Shown one piece after another: positions 1 to 13,250 of a stretch of DNA of 64,000 nucleotides. The notes below the pieces were generated by a model, which worked only from the letters and a program-made list of their open reading frames with translations, had not been told where the DNA came from and ran no database searches. Source of the DNA: Novakomyces olei. Its lineage: Eukaryota. The stretch covers positions 806,001 through 870,000 of the forward strand of contig JADEYG010000001.1 in assembly GCA_016906335.1 (NCBI GenBank), read 5' to 3'. Positions within the stretch are counted from its first letter, which is position 1, and every line of letters begins with the position of its first letter. A program made the translations under genes and the position numbers.

Positions 1-339
1 TCCATCTCCATTACTTGAAATACGCTAGATAAAGCTACGGGCCATATAATATTACGTGCCGTAAACGATATTACTCCACCCTATTCAACAAATAATAAGA
101 GAGTATACTATGAGGCTAACAATAGCCCGGATTATGAGGCAGCCCCGGCCACCCGTCTCTGCGATTAAACCTCCATTGTCTAAACTTCAACCCTGACCGC
201 CTGCTGGCCTTGAACCGGAGGACTCGTACGAAATAAAATGAAAATAAGAATAGCAAATTGATGATATCACAAAGCAAACAAACCAAATCTAAACTCCTCT
301 CCGCATTTAACCAATTTCCAACTCCCTTATTCCATATAC

Positions 340-772
340 TCATTCCGACGGAAAGACGTTATCATCATCATCGAGGTAGACTTCGTGTACTTGTACTGCT
401 TCATTTCCATCGCCACCGTCATCGTGACGGCTGGCTTCTGCTCGCCCCATGTAAGAGTAATCGTAACGGCTAAAGAATAGATCTAAAACGCCAATCAGTT
501 CGGGTATGCAAAAGAGAGCATTGAGTCAAAATTATAAAGGCCTTACCCTGATTCCAAGCAAAACCTTGTCCGGATCTGACATAGATTACAGGCAATGGTG
601 TACGCGGATTGCGTGACAGGTCAAACGACCCATACTCCTGTGAGGAAAGCGATGAGGAAATTAAGGACGACGGGCTATGAAGTGTGGTTGACGGAGTAGA
701 GTATGTAGAAGCCGAAGCACCGGTAGGTGCTTCGTTTGCCGCCTTCCGCGGGATTCGAACTGGAGTTGTCAT
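340..772 (-). CDS. Small conserved fungal protein of unknown function, 122 aa, 2 exons (772-547, 482-340)
   Basis: A GTAAGG donor at 546, a CTGAT branch and a TAG acceptor at 483 join the frames to give ...VIYVRSGQGFAWNQ|DLFFSRY...VQVHEVYLDDDNVFPSE*. The SxQGFxWNQDLF and VHEVxL motifs resemble a fungal small-protein family (recalled, not verified). Confidence 0.7.
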
Positions 773-804
773 TTGTTGGTCGGAAGGTGAGTCGATATTG
801 ACTT

Positions 805-806
<2 letters not shown>

Positions 807-834
<28 letters not shown>
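807..834 (+). repeat. (GATT)7 microsatellite
   Basis: Read directly; lies just upstream of the ATG at 772. Confidence 0.95.
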
Positions 835-835
<1 letters not shown>

Positions 836-1683
836 CCTGCCTTATCACGATGATCAGAAATAATGCACTAATACATGGAGTGGTTATACCCAAGTAATCA
901 ATCGTATAGAACAAACCAATCATGCACAAGGAGAGCTTATTGTGTAATATCGCGTGTCATGCAATGCTTTATACAAGTAATAAGAAGCAAGTAATAACAA
1001 GTGCTTGATTTTATGTCAATATATATTTAAAACTCGTGTGCAGACATGGCGACACATACTTTAATTACCGTGGTCGGCAACAGGTACTGGTTGTTAAACG
1101 GCCAAGGATTCTATACTCGAGGTCATATACAGATCCACACCTGGCTTTCTAATTGAATAAATGGAGATTTGAATAAACGAAGAGCTGTGCATGGAAAGCT
1201 TTACGAATTTGTTAGCCACAGTGGGACAAGCCAGCATTATCGATAACACAAATAATAAAGAATATTTAGCCAGCGTGCTAAGAGCACATCGCGCGAAAGT
1301 GTTGATTAATATATACAATATCTAAATATCTAATGCGTACAATACAATTTAGAAAAATACGATTGCAACTTTGTATCATCATCCTCTCAAAAGTTGGGAC
1401 AGAAATATTAAGAAAAGAATAAAGAAAATAAAATATGTCTTAAAACGCCGTGTATAACAGGCTCGGGACGCGTTGAGCATACAAAATTGCTGTACTGCCC
1501 CGTCCGACGATAATCGTATCTATCGCTCCGCCCTTGATTATTCCAGAATGCAAACTTCCCCATTTCATTTGTGTTTTGCTCGTGTATCCTGGCTCTGTAT
1601 AATGATTAGCACAGCCCCCTTGGTCGACTGTATTGCGTATTTCATTTCATTCCCTTGATTTTTCTAATTTGATTCCAATTTAT

Positions 1684-4249
1684 TCAACGGCAAAACTGGT
1701 TATTTAGCAACGTGATCAGCCGTGCAACATTAAATTGCACGTATTCCAGATCAATGCTTTGTACTCCATTCTTTTGCATTTCCAACAAATCATCGAGACT
1801 CAACTCCAGCTCGGCTAGTACCTGTTGCCGGCCACGGTAGTTGACAGCGATATTGTAAACGCCGGGGAGGGGAGATATAAAAGTAAAAACAACGTTTAAA
1901 CGCCGATTTTCCGGTACAGTAGACTCATGAATAACTCCCTCACGTTCCAGTTTCGCGTGGCCAAGTTTAAAGGGACCTTGTTGCCGGGTATCTGCAGGAC
2001 TTGGGTCAGGTTCACCAGCAGCAGCAACAAAGCCAACCCTGCCTTTCCCTCTAGAAGCACTCGACTGGAACCGGACATTTTGCAGATAAGCCTTGTACGT
2101 TTCCAGCTGGCTCGAGAGGTAATCATTGTGATCACATATAGTACGGTAAACGGCCTTTAGCGATTTCAGTTCCGATTCCAGTTTGTTCCTTAACGAGCCA
2201 AGATGCGTTATCTCTTGTTCAACCTCTTTAGCTAAGGAATCGAGTACTGTAGCTGCAGAATGGCTGCTGGTTCCTGCTCCTTGGACTAGTTTCAATTCGC
2301 TCAACAGATCTAAAGCCCGTAGACCTTTCCTCACAAGCGATGGGTCTGATGATTTCGCTGCCACATCGGCCATAAACTCAAAATTAAGCCTTTGGCCGGG
2401 GATCCTGGCGGAAGGCAGACTCCTTAGAATATGCACAAAAACTGACTTTGCTTCCATATAAGCCAACTCAGCGGAGGACACGTCAAAGGCTTCTTCAAGA
2501 CCTTCCACTATTTGACCGTACCGACTCGTTAATTCGAGCTGGTACGTATAATTCTCAGCTCTGGGCACTTGGGCTGGCGCCGGTCCTAGCTCTTGCAATA
2601 GTGAGCGAAGCTGGTGTCGTTTGCCTGCACTGTTATTATTATTGTTGTTACTGCTATTATTGCTATTATTAGCGCTAGCAGACAATCCGGCATTTGAACC
2701 GTCCGGCCGAGGAGAGTTTGTGCCGGTCACGGACATTTGCTTTTCAATAGTGTCCAGATGCTTTTCCAACAGTGCGTGAATACTGTACATTTCGTTGACG
2801 GTTACACTGATCTCGAGATCCGTTTTCGATAGAGCCACGTACTGGTCAAGCTCTAATTGCTCGTAAAAATCGCCCACTTCACAAAGCTCATTGAGAAACT
2901 TGTTTGTCGAGGCTTGATTTGCCTCACGAAATTCTTGTAGGGCATACATGTATGGCTCTTTAGCATATGAGGGCTTATTTGCCAGATTTTGCATCATCTT
3001 TGCTAGAAGCACAAGTGTACGTCGAGGCCTCTCCTTTGGCGAAGCGTCCACCAGCATATAAGCCTGTGGTGTTACAATAGCTGGGTTTAGATAGCGCAAG
3101 AAGAAGAAGCCTCCAATCAGAGAGCAAATAGCATTATCATTGGCTGCAGGATACTTTCGCCGGGCCAGGTTTCGGATCTGTTTACAGATCCAACGGATCC
3201 CGTATGGCACTGCATTAGCACTGCCAATAATACCGTTAACAAGCTCATCGCCCAGGGCCATTAGCTGCTTGACCCTTGGCTGTATTGTCGCCTGTACGAG
3301 TTCGTTTGAACTGGCCGACTCGTACGAGGCTGATCGCTGAGGCAGAGCTTCGGGTAAAGGCTCCCCCCTATTTTCATAGGCCTGCACCAACTCCGTATAC
3401 ACTTTGAGCGGGTTAATTTCCAAGTCCCGCTTTTCTTCTTCTAGCAAGGGGTTTATTATAGGGGAAAGTACATTGCGCAAATAAGACTGGCCTGGGCCAC
3501 GTCGGGTATACGTTGTCATTAAACGCGAAACTGGGGTATTTGCTCGAATCTGAGCATTCAGCTCAGCGGTCCGTTCAAACTGGGAGGAGAGAACAGACTG
3601 GAAAACGGTGAGAAGCAAATTCTCTTCACGACTCTCGTACTGATTGCCATAGATTGTAAACATGACAATTTGTAGCAGCGAATCAATCTCCGATAGCGAC
3701 ACGAGCCTTACCAGGTTCGATATATAGCGCGGAGACGTCTGTAGAAGGAAGAAAATGTTGCCATACAGCCGCAAAGTCGTCTCTGGAAGTTCCTGGACCT
3801 GATCGAGGTTATCACGGTCGTACAACCGTGAGGAAATGTCGTTCTAAGAGTTTAGTGACAAAATAAATTTGCAAAAAAAAGTATAATTAATCAATGTAAA
3901 GCCAATGCCGCACTAGTGCCAAACAAAGCAAAGGTGGGAGGGTCGCAGATAAAATGCAAGAGTGTATACCTCATCGATAGCAATCCGATTTTGTATCAGC
4001 AACGCTATGCGTGCGTCTAAAAAGCGCAAATCCTTCTCCAGCACATAATTTTGTTTTGATTGAGCCGATATTTTCGTCTTTAACGATTTCAAGTTTTTTT
4101 GCACTGCATTCATTGTTAATTAAGCCATTACACTCTGAGTTGCACAAATTACCCTGAGAAAGAGCGTCGGAGACGTCAATATCGCGTTCAGCAGCGATTG
4201 AGTACAGAGCGTTCACACTATACCGCGACTTGCTTTCATTCAAGCTCAT
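1684..4249 (-). CDS. gap1: Ras GTPase-activating protein (S. pombe Gap1/Sar1 type, RasGAP + RasGAP_C), ~796 aa, 3 exons (4249-4153, 4103-3970, 3843-1684)
   Basis: RasGAP motifs IRANTPVSRLMTTYTRRGPG and GGFFFLRYLNPAIVTP. GT-AG introns at 4104-4152 and 3844-3969 keep the frame. Confidence 0.93.
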
Positions 4250-4723
4250 TTTGATTCTTCACAGAGACGCGATTGGAGGGCAAAGGGAACGCAATCACAC
4301 GACCCACAAAACTGGAAAACAATTAGGACAAATAAATGCCTGCTTGAGCTTAAAACGTACGCACTTTACCCTCAATTATGGTTGGCGCAGAAGCGCCGCG
4401 TTGGCTTATTGCCGGCGTCGTCCTCACGGCGCGTCGCCTTTGTTTTATTTAAGGGTAATTTATGCTTCACATTTGATAAGGGGTTATATACAAGCGCAAG
4501 GGACTAGAGTGTATAGAGGATAGTAAAACAAGGAATAAGCAGAAGAATAATTATAAAGAGTAATTAAAAACAACTAGATAAATTAAAGATAATAATTTAG
4601 AAATAATAATAATAAATAATAATTATAAAAATAATAATTAACAATAATTATATGAAGAAGCAACAACAGTTAAATATACAAAATACTATATCGAAATTAA
4701 ACAGTTATAAATTGCGTGTTAGA

Positions 4724-5079
4724 ATGACACGCTTCACGCAGGCAGCTGGCGTAATCGGCGCTCTAACAGCCATTTGGCTCACTTTTTTCCTCGGCCTTGT
4801 ACGGCTGCCGGAGCCTGTACAATCAGAGATTGTTCCAGCAGTAAGTCAATTGTTTTGGTTCGAGGCTAATTCGGAAAGTTGCCGTTATGGGCTCTGATTA
4901 CATTTGGCTGCTACCTCCTAAGCTCGTTGGGATTCGACGTGCTTACATTTAAAGACAAGGAGGAAGATTACAAGCTTCTAGTGAAGGCAAGAAGGTTATT
5001 GGCTATTTGTCTCTAACATATGTAGGACATTGATGAAGCAAAAGTCTTTTTACGCGAGCACAATGTCGATGTTGATTAG
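4724..5079 (+). CDS. DPM3: Dolichol-phosphate mannosyltransferase subunit 3, 3 exons (4724-4840, 4879-4986, 5026-5079)
   Basis: Spliced product MTRFTQAAG...EIVPA|LPLWALITFGCYLLSSLGFDVLTFKDKEEDYKLLVK|DIDEAKVFLREHNVDVD* has the DPM3 pattern (two TM helices, LPxWxLxxFGxY, C-terminal coiled coil). Intron 2 requires a GC donor. Confidence 0.9.
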
Positions 5080-5470
5080 ACAGGCAAATGTATATCATTT
5101 TTGATGTCTGCTAATTATATATATTAGTCCAAGGAGATTCGGCAATAAACCAAATATTCCGTTTGCTATTCCAAGAATTTAATATGTGCAGGTTCTATAT
5201 GATACAGATATTCTGTTTGATTTTGCAGGGAGCCGTGCTATTTGAAGTCTATGAGCTGTGTGCCTTGGGCTGAGGCGCTTTTATGTGAATGATTCCATAC
5301 GATACTCTAAACCTCTCTAACCTTTTGCCACGCCCATGAACCTTAGAGGTAACTATCCGACTAGTTCGAATCGACAATTCGCTATTTGCATTCTCCAAGT
5401 CACCGTCTATTGTTGAATCAGTAAACCTAAACTGCGAATAAAGGCAGTTTTCCCTGCTCTTTACTGCGCA

Positions 5471-6686
5471 TCAAGTGCTACGAAGAGCATAACGGGCTTT
5501 CTGTTTCTCTAAACGCTCCTGTTTTGCCCGCTTGTTCCTCGCTGCTGCCGACTCCCTTTGAGAAACTTCCTTCCATGAATCAAAAGCATCTTCGTTCACA
5601 TCGTCTAGAGAAAATCTTCCCAATTCACCGCGTCGGTACCGTTCAATAAGACGATGACAAGCACGGTACTCGTCCAGTTCATTGCCTCTTTTCAGGAATT
5701 GCTCTCTTCGAGCAGCTGCACAAATGAGACTATACAAGTCATTCGACGGCCTTCGCAGCTTCCATACGTCGACATACTCAAACTGCCTTCTGCGGTTCAA
5801 TTCGTAAAGTAGATAATCGGCCACTATACTTTCGTTTACAACGTTTTCCTTGAACGCATGAGTCAGACTCAGTTTGAGAGTAGTAATCGGATCGCCAACA
5901 AAGGGCATTAGAATTCCAGGCGTGTCTAATGCGTAAACTAGGGGCTCGTCATTTACACGGATTTTATTGCTGAAGGCTTTCGTACACGCTGGGTGAGCGG
6001 CTGTACGGGCGACTTTGGTTTTTCGCTCAACAGTCAAACTGCAAAATTCGTTTAAAAAGGTCGATTTTCCAACATTAGACATGCCAACGACCATCGTATT
6101 GAATCCCTGCTTTTGCTCTACACTGGCAGCGTACTCAATCACGTATCGATGCACTTGAGCCACTGATCTCGTATTCGATTTGCTCGTGAAAAAGACACGA
6201 TTCGGTTCGTTCCATCGTCGGAGAGACTGCGATTAGCAAAGAAAACAGATTAAAAATTTAATTAATTAATGAAGTATAAAAGCGACCCTCTCGAAATCAA
6301 AAACAATCAAGAGTTTTACCTACCGCCATCTCTTCCCTGCTAAATCCACCAGATAGATCAAATTTATTGTAGACAATCACACGTGGAACGCTTGCCAGCT
6401 GAGTATCGAGCATAGGGTTACGGCTCGTTACTGGCAGTCTAGCGTCCCTCACCTCAATCAGCATATCAATATTTCCCAGGCCTTGGCCTATCTTGCGAAG
6501 GGCAGCCGCCATGTGTCCTGGAAACCAGGGCTGCAAGTGTGTTTCCGAGGGCAAAAACACCTTTCGAGGCTCAAAGTCGGGATACCGAGTCTGCCTTGAG
6601 TCATCTGACCTCCGTCGGGGCTCTCCTATCTTATTATCTAATCTCGTATCCATTACCGTAGCGTAACCTCTTGTCTGCCTTTGCAT
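5471..6686 (-). CDS. MTG1: Mitochondrial ribosome-assembly GTPase (RbgA/Mtg1 family), 2 exons (6686-6324, 6226-5471)
   Basis: WFPGHM, EVRDARLPVTSRNP, NKxD, GMSNVGKST and DTPG occur in circularly permuted order. Intron 6227-6323 (GTAGGT...CTAAT...CAG). Confidence 0.92.
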
Positions 6687-6949
6687 TGGGCTTTGCGACT
6701 GGCCATTCGGGTTTCCGCGTAACGGAGTTTGTGGCGTCAGTGAACGGCTATTGTATTAATAAAAGTTGAAGTTTAAATCGTTTTATTGTCGATTATTGTT
6801 GAAGAAATACACAAAGTATCGTGATTCCATTGTAATTATCAGGAGAATAAAGGTACATATCGAGAAATGATCATTTTATTATCGGGTATAAACTCAACAT
6901 GTATCTGCAGAAAATAGTCCAAGAAATTATGATTGAAGATGCAGGAATA

Positions 6950-8010
6950 TTACCCTAGCCATTCATTTAATGCCACACGCATTTCCTCTGCTGAGCCTTT
7001 CACCGATCTAAATTAGTTAGCATGAAAATCGCTTAATTCAAACATACAGTCCGCGCTCTTCTAAGGCACGCTCTGCTTCAATACGATGCATTTTATTAGC
7101 ACCGCCTGCACGACGCAGCAGGTTATCGTCCACGGCGATATAATCCTCGTAATCTTTCAACCGGTTATGTAAAATATTTGGGGCATACAGAATATCGGGA
7201 ACATGCCGGGCCAGTAATCCGTGTGAACTAGAATTAGACAATGATTATAGAATTAAATTTTTTTTATTTATTTATTTGATTTTGATTTTAATATTTTTCT
7301 AATACATATATTTTTTTATTTTTAATTTCATAAGTTTCTGCTTCTTTTATTAAAACTCACCGACAAAGTAGCGCTAGAGGACGCTGGTCCATTTCTAGTT
7401 GTGAAGCATTTAATTGGAACCGTTCCAAGCGTGGATCTGCATCCAAAGCCTGAGCTTTAGCCTTTTCCTGGCGGCGTCGTTGAACAGCTGCAGTGCTTGG
7501 CAGCACACAAGTGCCCGGCACTAGACCCGCAATTAAAGGTACCAAGAGCGGTGTCAGTTCACCAAAAACAAGGGCAATCATCACAAAAGCCGGAGCCCGT
7601 CGCAGATCCCTGCGGGTGCGATAGAGTAATTGGAACTGCGACCGAGTCAGTAATGAACTTGCTGGATTTGTGCGAACAGCAGCAAGAACAGCCGACGGGG
7701 ATGAGAGACCGGTTTCAGCCACTATACGACGCATTTCACGGCGATTACGCCATAATTGCCGAACACCCGCACGATAAAAAGCAAAGTACGCTTTGCCCTT
7801 GGCGTGAATTTTTTTAAATAACGACATTTGTGCTGATTCAGTAGGACTCGGGATCTTTAGCGGCGGCGGCAGCGAAGTCGCTGCATTTACAGGATCCTTC
7901 AAGTACTCACTGCTGCTGACAAACCGGGTTTGTCTCAGCAATGCGAAGCTTGGACCTGCCAGTCTGCGGTAGCAAAGGCATTTGCGAGCTGTGCTTGCCC
8001 TCGACAACAT
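6950..8010 (-). CDS. LETM1-like mitochondrial inner-membrane protein, 295 aa, 3 exons (8010-7361, 7227-7048, 7007-6950)
   Basis: Arg-rich presequence; YFAFYRAGVRQLWRN, LTRSQFQLLYRTRRDLRRAPAF, GELTPLL, PGTCVLPS, DDNLL and ALEERGL match LETM1-domain proteins. Both introns are canonical and keep the frame. Confidence 0.8.
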
Positions 8011-8682
8011 GTGCAGCAGCGGAGGCAACGTTCCCTGCTCGATATTACGAGTCAAATATCCGACTAAATTTAAGCTCCCACAGTCCGAGCTCAATCGTGC
8101 AGATTCGCGACTAGACCATATACTCTAACGAAAATGACTGGCTCTAGTCTGCGCCATACAAGCCCGTTATCTGCCAAAATCTCTGGTCCCGCCGATAGGC
8201 AGTGGGTCTTGAGGGTACTGTGCAAAAGTATTGCTGACTTTTGCTTGACGCTTTGCGAGGTAGAGGCGGGCGATCAGACGGCAATTCACCCAAATTTGTT
8301 CTTGTTGCTGTGTGTATAATATTTTCGGTGCCTATTACGAGTTTTAGTATATAAGTGCTTAAATTATTATAAATAAATATGTTTATATATTCACAAATAC
8401 TATTATTTTGTATGATGTCTATATATATGGTACATTTATTGATTTAATTTGTTTTATTATTTTTCTACTATTATTTATCCCTTACGACCTCTAATTATTA
8501 AAATTTTATCATCAAAATTGTATTAATTAGGCTGCCATTTACCAGATCTGTTTTTACTGTTATTTGAATAATACAAATTAATTAATATTATAATCAACCA
8601 GAATTGTACTATTACTGCTCGAGGCAGAATCGCTCAGGCTCAGTCTCAGACAAAGGCTCGAGAATCTGCCTTCGCTCCCACA

Positions 8683-9258
8683 ATGACAGACGTGAGTGTG
8701 TCGAATGAGCGGGGGATCCCCAAGGCGCCGTTTGTGTCTCTTGAGGGCATTCGGCTCGAGGACGTGGACGATAACCTGGTAAAGTACCAGGAAGCAATTG
8801 CAAAGTACAGATTTATGGAGCAGAGCTTGCTCCGCCAGTCAGCTGGATTACAAGACAAGATGCCCGATATTGAAAAGACACTGGCTATGGTTCGATTTCT
8901 CTCTGATCGAAAGGCAGAGGCCGAGGGAGAATGTGATGATGACGCAAGGCCATTAAGTACACGGTTTGAGCTCAACGACACGCTTTACGCAACGGCAAAA
9001 GTGCCGGTGAGGGATACAGTCTACTTGTGGCTGGGCGCAAACGTTATGCTCGAGTACCCGATTTCAGAGGCAATTGAACTGCTAGAGGGAAAGCTCAAGG
9101 CTGCGCAAAGTACTTTTGCTTCGTGTGAACGAGATCTCGAGTACCTGCGCGAGCAGATTACGACTATGGAGGTAAATACGGCAAGAGTATACAATCTTGG
9201 TGTATCTCTGCGACGGACTGCTGCTGTTGGAAAGAGCGCAGAGGCGCCAGTAGCGTAA
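8683..9258 (+). CDS. PAC10: Prefoldin subunit 3 (Pac10/Gim2/VBP1)
   Basis: NERGIPKAPF, FELNDTLYA, VYLWLGANVMLEY, LREQITTMEVNTARVYN. Confidence 0.95.
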   Translation: MTDVSVSNERGIPKAPFVSLEGIRLEDVDDNLVKYQEAIAKYRFMEQSLLRQSAGLQDKMPDIEKTLAMVRFLSDRKAEAEGECDDDARPLSTRFELNDTLYATAKVPVRDTVYLWLGANVMLEYPISEAIELLEGKLKAAQSTFASCERDLEYLREQITTMEVNTARVYNLGVSLRRTAAVGKSAEAPVA

Positions 9259-10154
9259 AGTCTGGATCCGATGGGGAAACAAGAGTCGGAGAGCATATTT
9301 ATTTTTATTTATTTACTTGCCGATTAGTATCATATCCGCCAACATTTGCCAATCTAGTCTTGAAAGGGGGTTAGACTCGTGAAAAACAGCCTATGTACTA
9401 TGCACAGTCTACGGGGGGATAGACGGAAACCGTCTCAAGCTTTGTGTCAATTTGTGTATTATATTATAGCAATCATCGCCATATTATACTGCTGATCAAC
9501 AATGAATGAAATCATGCAAATAAAACCAGCCCACATTATAGTACAGATTCCGTGTTCAACAAATAGCTGCTCTGTCCCCAATCCCACGGAAGAGCATACC
9601 TTTTCAGAACCCCGTTGAAATTTGTCCAAAAGAATAAAGAGACAGTGAAATGTATAGATGTGTTATTCAACATAAAATAAAAGATACAAATTCGCGCCAA
9701 AACCAAACAATTCATAACGAGTATAGACTGTATATTAGGCCATAAGTATTGCGGCATTAGTTGAGTCTTTTCCGTATCATATCATTTTGATAAAAGTGTC
9801 GCTCAAATACTGGGGAAAATAGAGGAAAGTGTGCTAGCAAAGCAGGGATAACTGATATGTCGTTGAAAATTCATTCGAGAAAAAAGGGGGGTAAAAAAGG
9901 ATCGTAATGTACCAAACGGCTCCATTTAAAACAAGTGAAACGATAAAAAAAAAATAGAGGTATTGAGAACCATTGGCTACTGCAAAAGGCCTTAAGACGG
10001 GATATCTGACATTCGACCATGAGCACGGCCGTTAGGCAAATGACCAACGGCAAAGATGAGTGTAAAACAATTTGGCACTTTGGGAAAAGACGGGAAGGAA
10101 AGAACAAATACTTTTTGGAATAGATGAATAAACACAAGAAGAAACCGTGCACGC

Positions 10155-11822
10155 CTAGGCTTTGTTTTCCATCAATTTCATATCGGCCGGGTAGGTTCGA
10201 TTGTAGATTTCATGGATAGTTTCACCGTCCCAGGGCTCGGAAACGACACTGGTCTGGTCAGCCTCTGACATGGTGGAGGAAAGACCCTCGACAGGGCTGA
10301 TTGAACTGCTGGAAGACCCAATACTCCACTCGTCCAGAGGCGTTGGCAAATCAGCCATTTCCAGATCGTCCTCCTCCTCGGGAATACCTCCACTGTAGAT
10401 ATCAGTGCGCAGAGCAGGGAGACGATACGCCCTGTCCCGGTCATACCCATCGCCGCGTACGACATAGTCGTATTCCCACCGCAACAGTTTGTTTGGCTGG
10501 ATCTGTGGCATATACAGTCTTTGTGCAACAAAGTATACCATTATAGCCAGGCAGCTTCCGCCCACAAGATCCACAAAGTAATGGTGGGTCAAGTACATTG
10601 TACTCCACCAGATCCAGAGCACATATGCCCACAGGTAAGGCTTGAATCGGGGGAAAACGTGGCCCATAAACAGAGCTTCAATAGTAGCACTTCCACTATG
10701 GAGACTGGGAAAGGCACCAAAGACCATGGGTGAGGCGGTAAAAGTAGAGGTATAAGCAGCATTACCAAACAGCTGGTCAATGCGTGCAAGGCCGCCCGGA
10801 GAACCCGGGATATCGTACGTGGCCGGAGCGAGTCCGTACATATTTTCGTACCAAGGCGGAGCACAAGGAAAACAGATTTGGATGGTTACACCAATCAAGT
10901 TCATCCACCCAAAGCTAACGGCAAACGTGGGAGCACTGCCAGGCGGGCCAAACACAAAGAGGAGTAGGGACACGATAAACGGGGCACCAAAGTGAATGAT
11001 ACCATACGGCAGCCAGGCAAGCACGTCCAGCACATGGTTTGTGTGTTTAGACAGGATGTTTGACAGATTGGCCCCGTACACAATATTCTCCACTGTTGGC
11101 AACACGCGCACCCAAATAGGTGAGCGCCATTCAGCGGGAATAAACCCGCACGAGACCCAAAAGATGAGCCAAGAGCCGATTGGCAGGAAAGCAATGAAAA
11201 ACTGATGAGTCACGGGGAAAACGAGTGATAAGAGCAAAGCACTGGCCACAAAAAATTTAACAAGCGGCCCCGGGTTTTCTATCATGCACAGGGAAAAAAT
11301 GCCCAGAATTGCCAGCACCAGGTACTGTGCATCGGTAAGGGCCCACTGCCGTTCCCGTAACGATTTAATACTGTGCCGAGGGTCCCATGACAGATTCAGA
11401 TGCGTGATTGGGTGAGGAGAGGCCATACCGAGCCGAGCTACAACTGCGCGCCTTAGAGCGCGCGGCATTGGCAGCCTTAAATGTAAGGGCCTGTCATCTT
11501 GCTGTGCTAAAGTATTGACGTGCAGAGCCCCCGGCTGCCGTTCCGTCAGTAAATTCTGATGCTGTTCTCCAGTTTCTGGAGCCTTATTTGCCCTTTGGCC
11601 TTCGCCGGCCAGGAAAACCCTAATCTTGCGCCAAGGATCAGAAATTGTCGCCAGCTTCTCCGCTAGTGCCGCACTCAATGAGGCAGCTTCATCGGCAGCG
11701 GTATTCGCGGAAGGTCCGGTCTGCTCGCCTTTGCCTTTGTGTGACCATGAATCACGTGGCCAATGCTCAAATGCCGTATGGTCCTGCGCAGGAGCAGTCG
11801 CTGGGGCAGTAGTGACGCTCAT
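10155..11822 (-). CDS. AUR1: Inositol phosphorylceramide synthase catalytic subunit
   Basis: VRVLPTVENIVYGANLS, LAWLPYGIIHFGAPF, PCAPPWY, GSPGGLARID, FGAFPSLHSG and STMYLTHHYFVDL; several TM helices. Confidence 0.96.
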   Translation of the reverse strand: MSVTTAPATAPAQDHTAFEHWPRDSWSHKGKGEQTGPSANTAADEAASLSAALAEKLATISDPWRKIRVFLAGEGQRANKAPETGEQHQNLLTERQPGALHVNTLAQQDDRPLHLRLPMPRALRRAVVARLGMASPHPITHLNLSWDPRHSIKSLRERQWALTDAQYLVLAILGIFSLCMIENPGPLVKFFVASALLLSLVFPVTHQFFIAFLPIGSWLIFWVSCGFIPAEWRSPIWVRVLPTVENIVYGANLSNILSKHTNHVLDVLAWLPYGIIHFGAPFIVSLLLFVFGPPGSAPTFAVSFGWMNLIGVTIQICFPCAPPWYENMYGLAPATYDIPGSPGGLARIDQLFGNAAYTSTFTASPMVFGAFPSLHSGSATIEALFMGHVFPRFKPYLWAYVLWIWWSTMYLTHHYFVDLVGGSCLAIMVYFVAQRLYMPQIQPNKLLRWEYDYVVRGDGYDRDRAYRLPALRTDIYSGGIPEEEDDLEMADLPTPLDEWSIGSSSSSISPVEGLSSTMSEADQTSVVSEPWDGETIHEIYNRTYPADMKLMENKA

Positions 11823-13250
11823 GAGCCAATTTGCCCCGGAGATTTAGGAGAAAAGTGACCCGGGAAAATAGGGCAGAGAGTAGAAGAGAAAAGGCCGCCC
11901 GGCCAGAGGGAAGGGGGAGGTAGAAGAAGAGCGGAGAGATCTGTGGCCCTTACTGTAAAAATAAGAGTCAAGAGTCAGGCCAGATCGAGGGTAGTGGAAA
12001 GGCTGGGCGATCTATTTTGGAGAGTGTTGTTTTGCGCGTATTTATTTGTATCCAAATTCGATATTACATGTTTTGTCTACGTATATATTTTATTGCGTTT
12101 CCACCATACACTATACGCACTCGGCAGCGATAAATTTTACCCTGCACTGTGCCCGCTATACATACGCACTGGAAGCGTATACACTTCCATTCGAGTCTGT
12201 ATCGATATACTGGAGATTTACAAGTAACTCGACCAGGCCAAGTATGATGCAGGAATTTTTCCATACAGCGCAGTGTAAATATTACACCTTTTCCAGGCAG
12301 GACAAGACTTGCATGTAATACTTGTAGTACATGTAATACCATGTACATGTACATGTACCATGTGGCCAACCCGTAATTCTCGGCGGCACTAATACGTGTG
12401 CAATATGTTGTAACCCTGCTACACTTTATTGGCAATCATTCCCAACGTCTACGGTTGCTGACGCTCCGACAGCTAAAGCCGACGGTGCTCAACTACAATA
12501 ACCTGATACAGCTGTTTCATCCTGACCGCGCAAAATCCAGTGGATATACAAGTAATGTGATGTACATGTAATGTGACGGCAAACACGAATCCATTCATTG
12601 CATTACTAATATTATACTCATTTTTTATTCCACAAATTTCACATTGCCTCGGCCCGAGCGCGCATACTACACCGGCCGGTTTAGGCCATCACGCTCCGAT
12701 ACCGCCGATAGCATTGGCATAATCGATGACTTGGCCATACGCTTATGTAGCACGACGTTACTCGTCTGCCATCGTCTGCCATAATTTAAAAATGTAAGCT
12801 TAGGGTCTACGGGTGCCGTGAGATTATGATTCAAGTAATCCTCCTAGCAATACAATTGCCGCTCTTTAAACACGCGAAAACTGTAAACTGTAAAGCGTAT
12901 ATAACCGCGTGAAATAATAAAGCCGGAAAAACGATAAACAGCGTGACGTTTGTTGGCAATTCTGATTGAGCGAATAAAGATCTCCGCTTTATTTGCCGCC
13001 TTTACTGACGGTTACTTGCTATCGCTGATTTTTTACTCCATATATTTCACAGCAGAAGCGTGCCACACCGTTGGACCCGTGTACAATACTGCTTTTTCTT
13101 TAAAGGTTTACATTCGTTTACAATCAAGAGAGAGGTTAAAAGATCTTGCCATAGAGAGAATTCATTGTCATTGCCGCTATACATAATATATTGCACTGGT
13201 ATAATTCATTGTGTAACTCGTCCGACAAGCGACCCTGCTTGATTATTTTT

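Noticed and set aside
5364-5372. GTTCGAATC B-box-like sequence suggesting a tRNA or Pol III gene
   Set aside because: I could not build a cloverleaf or find a properly spaced A-box; probably 3'-UTR sequence.
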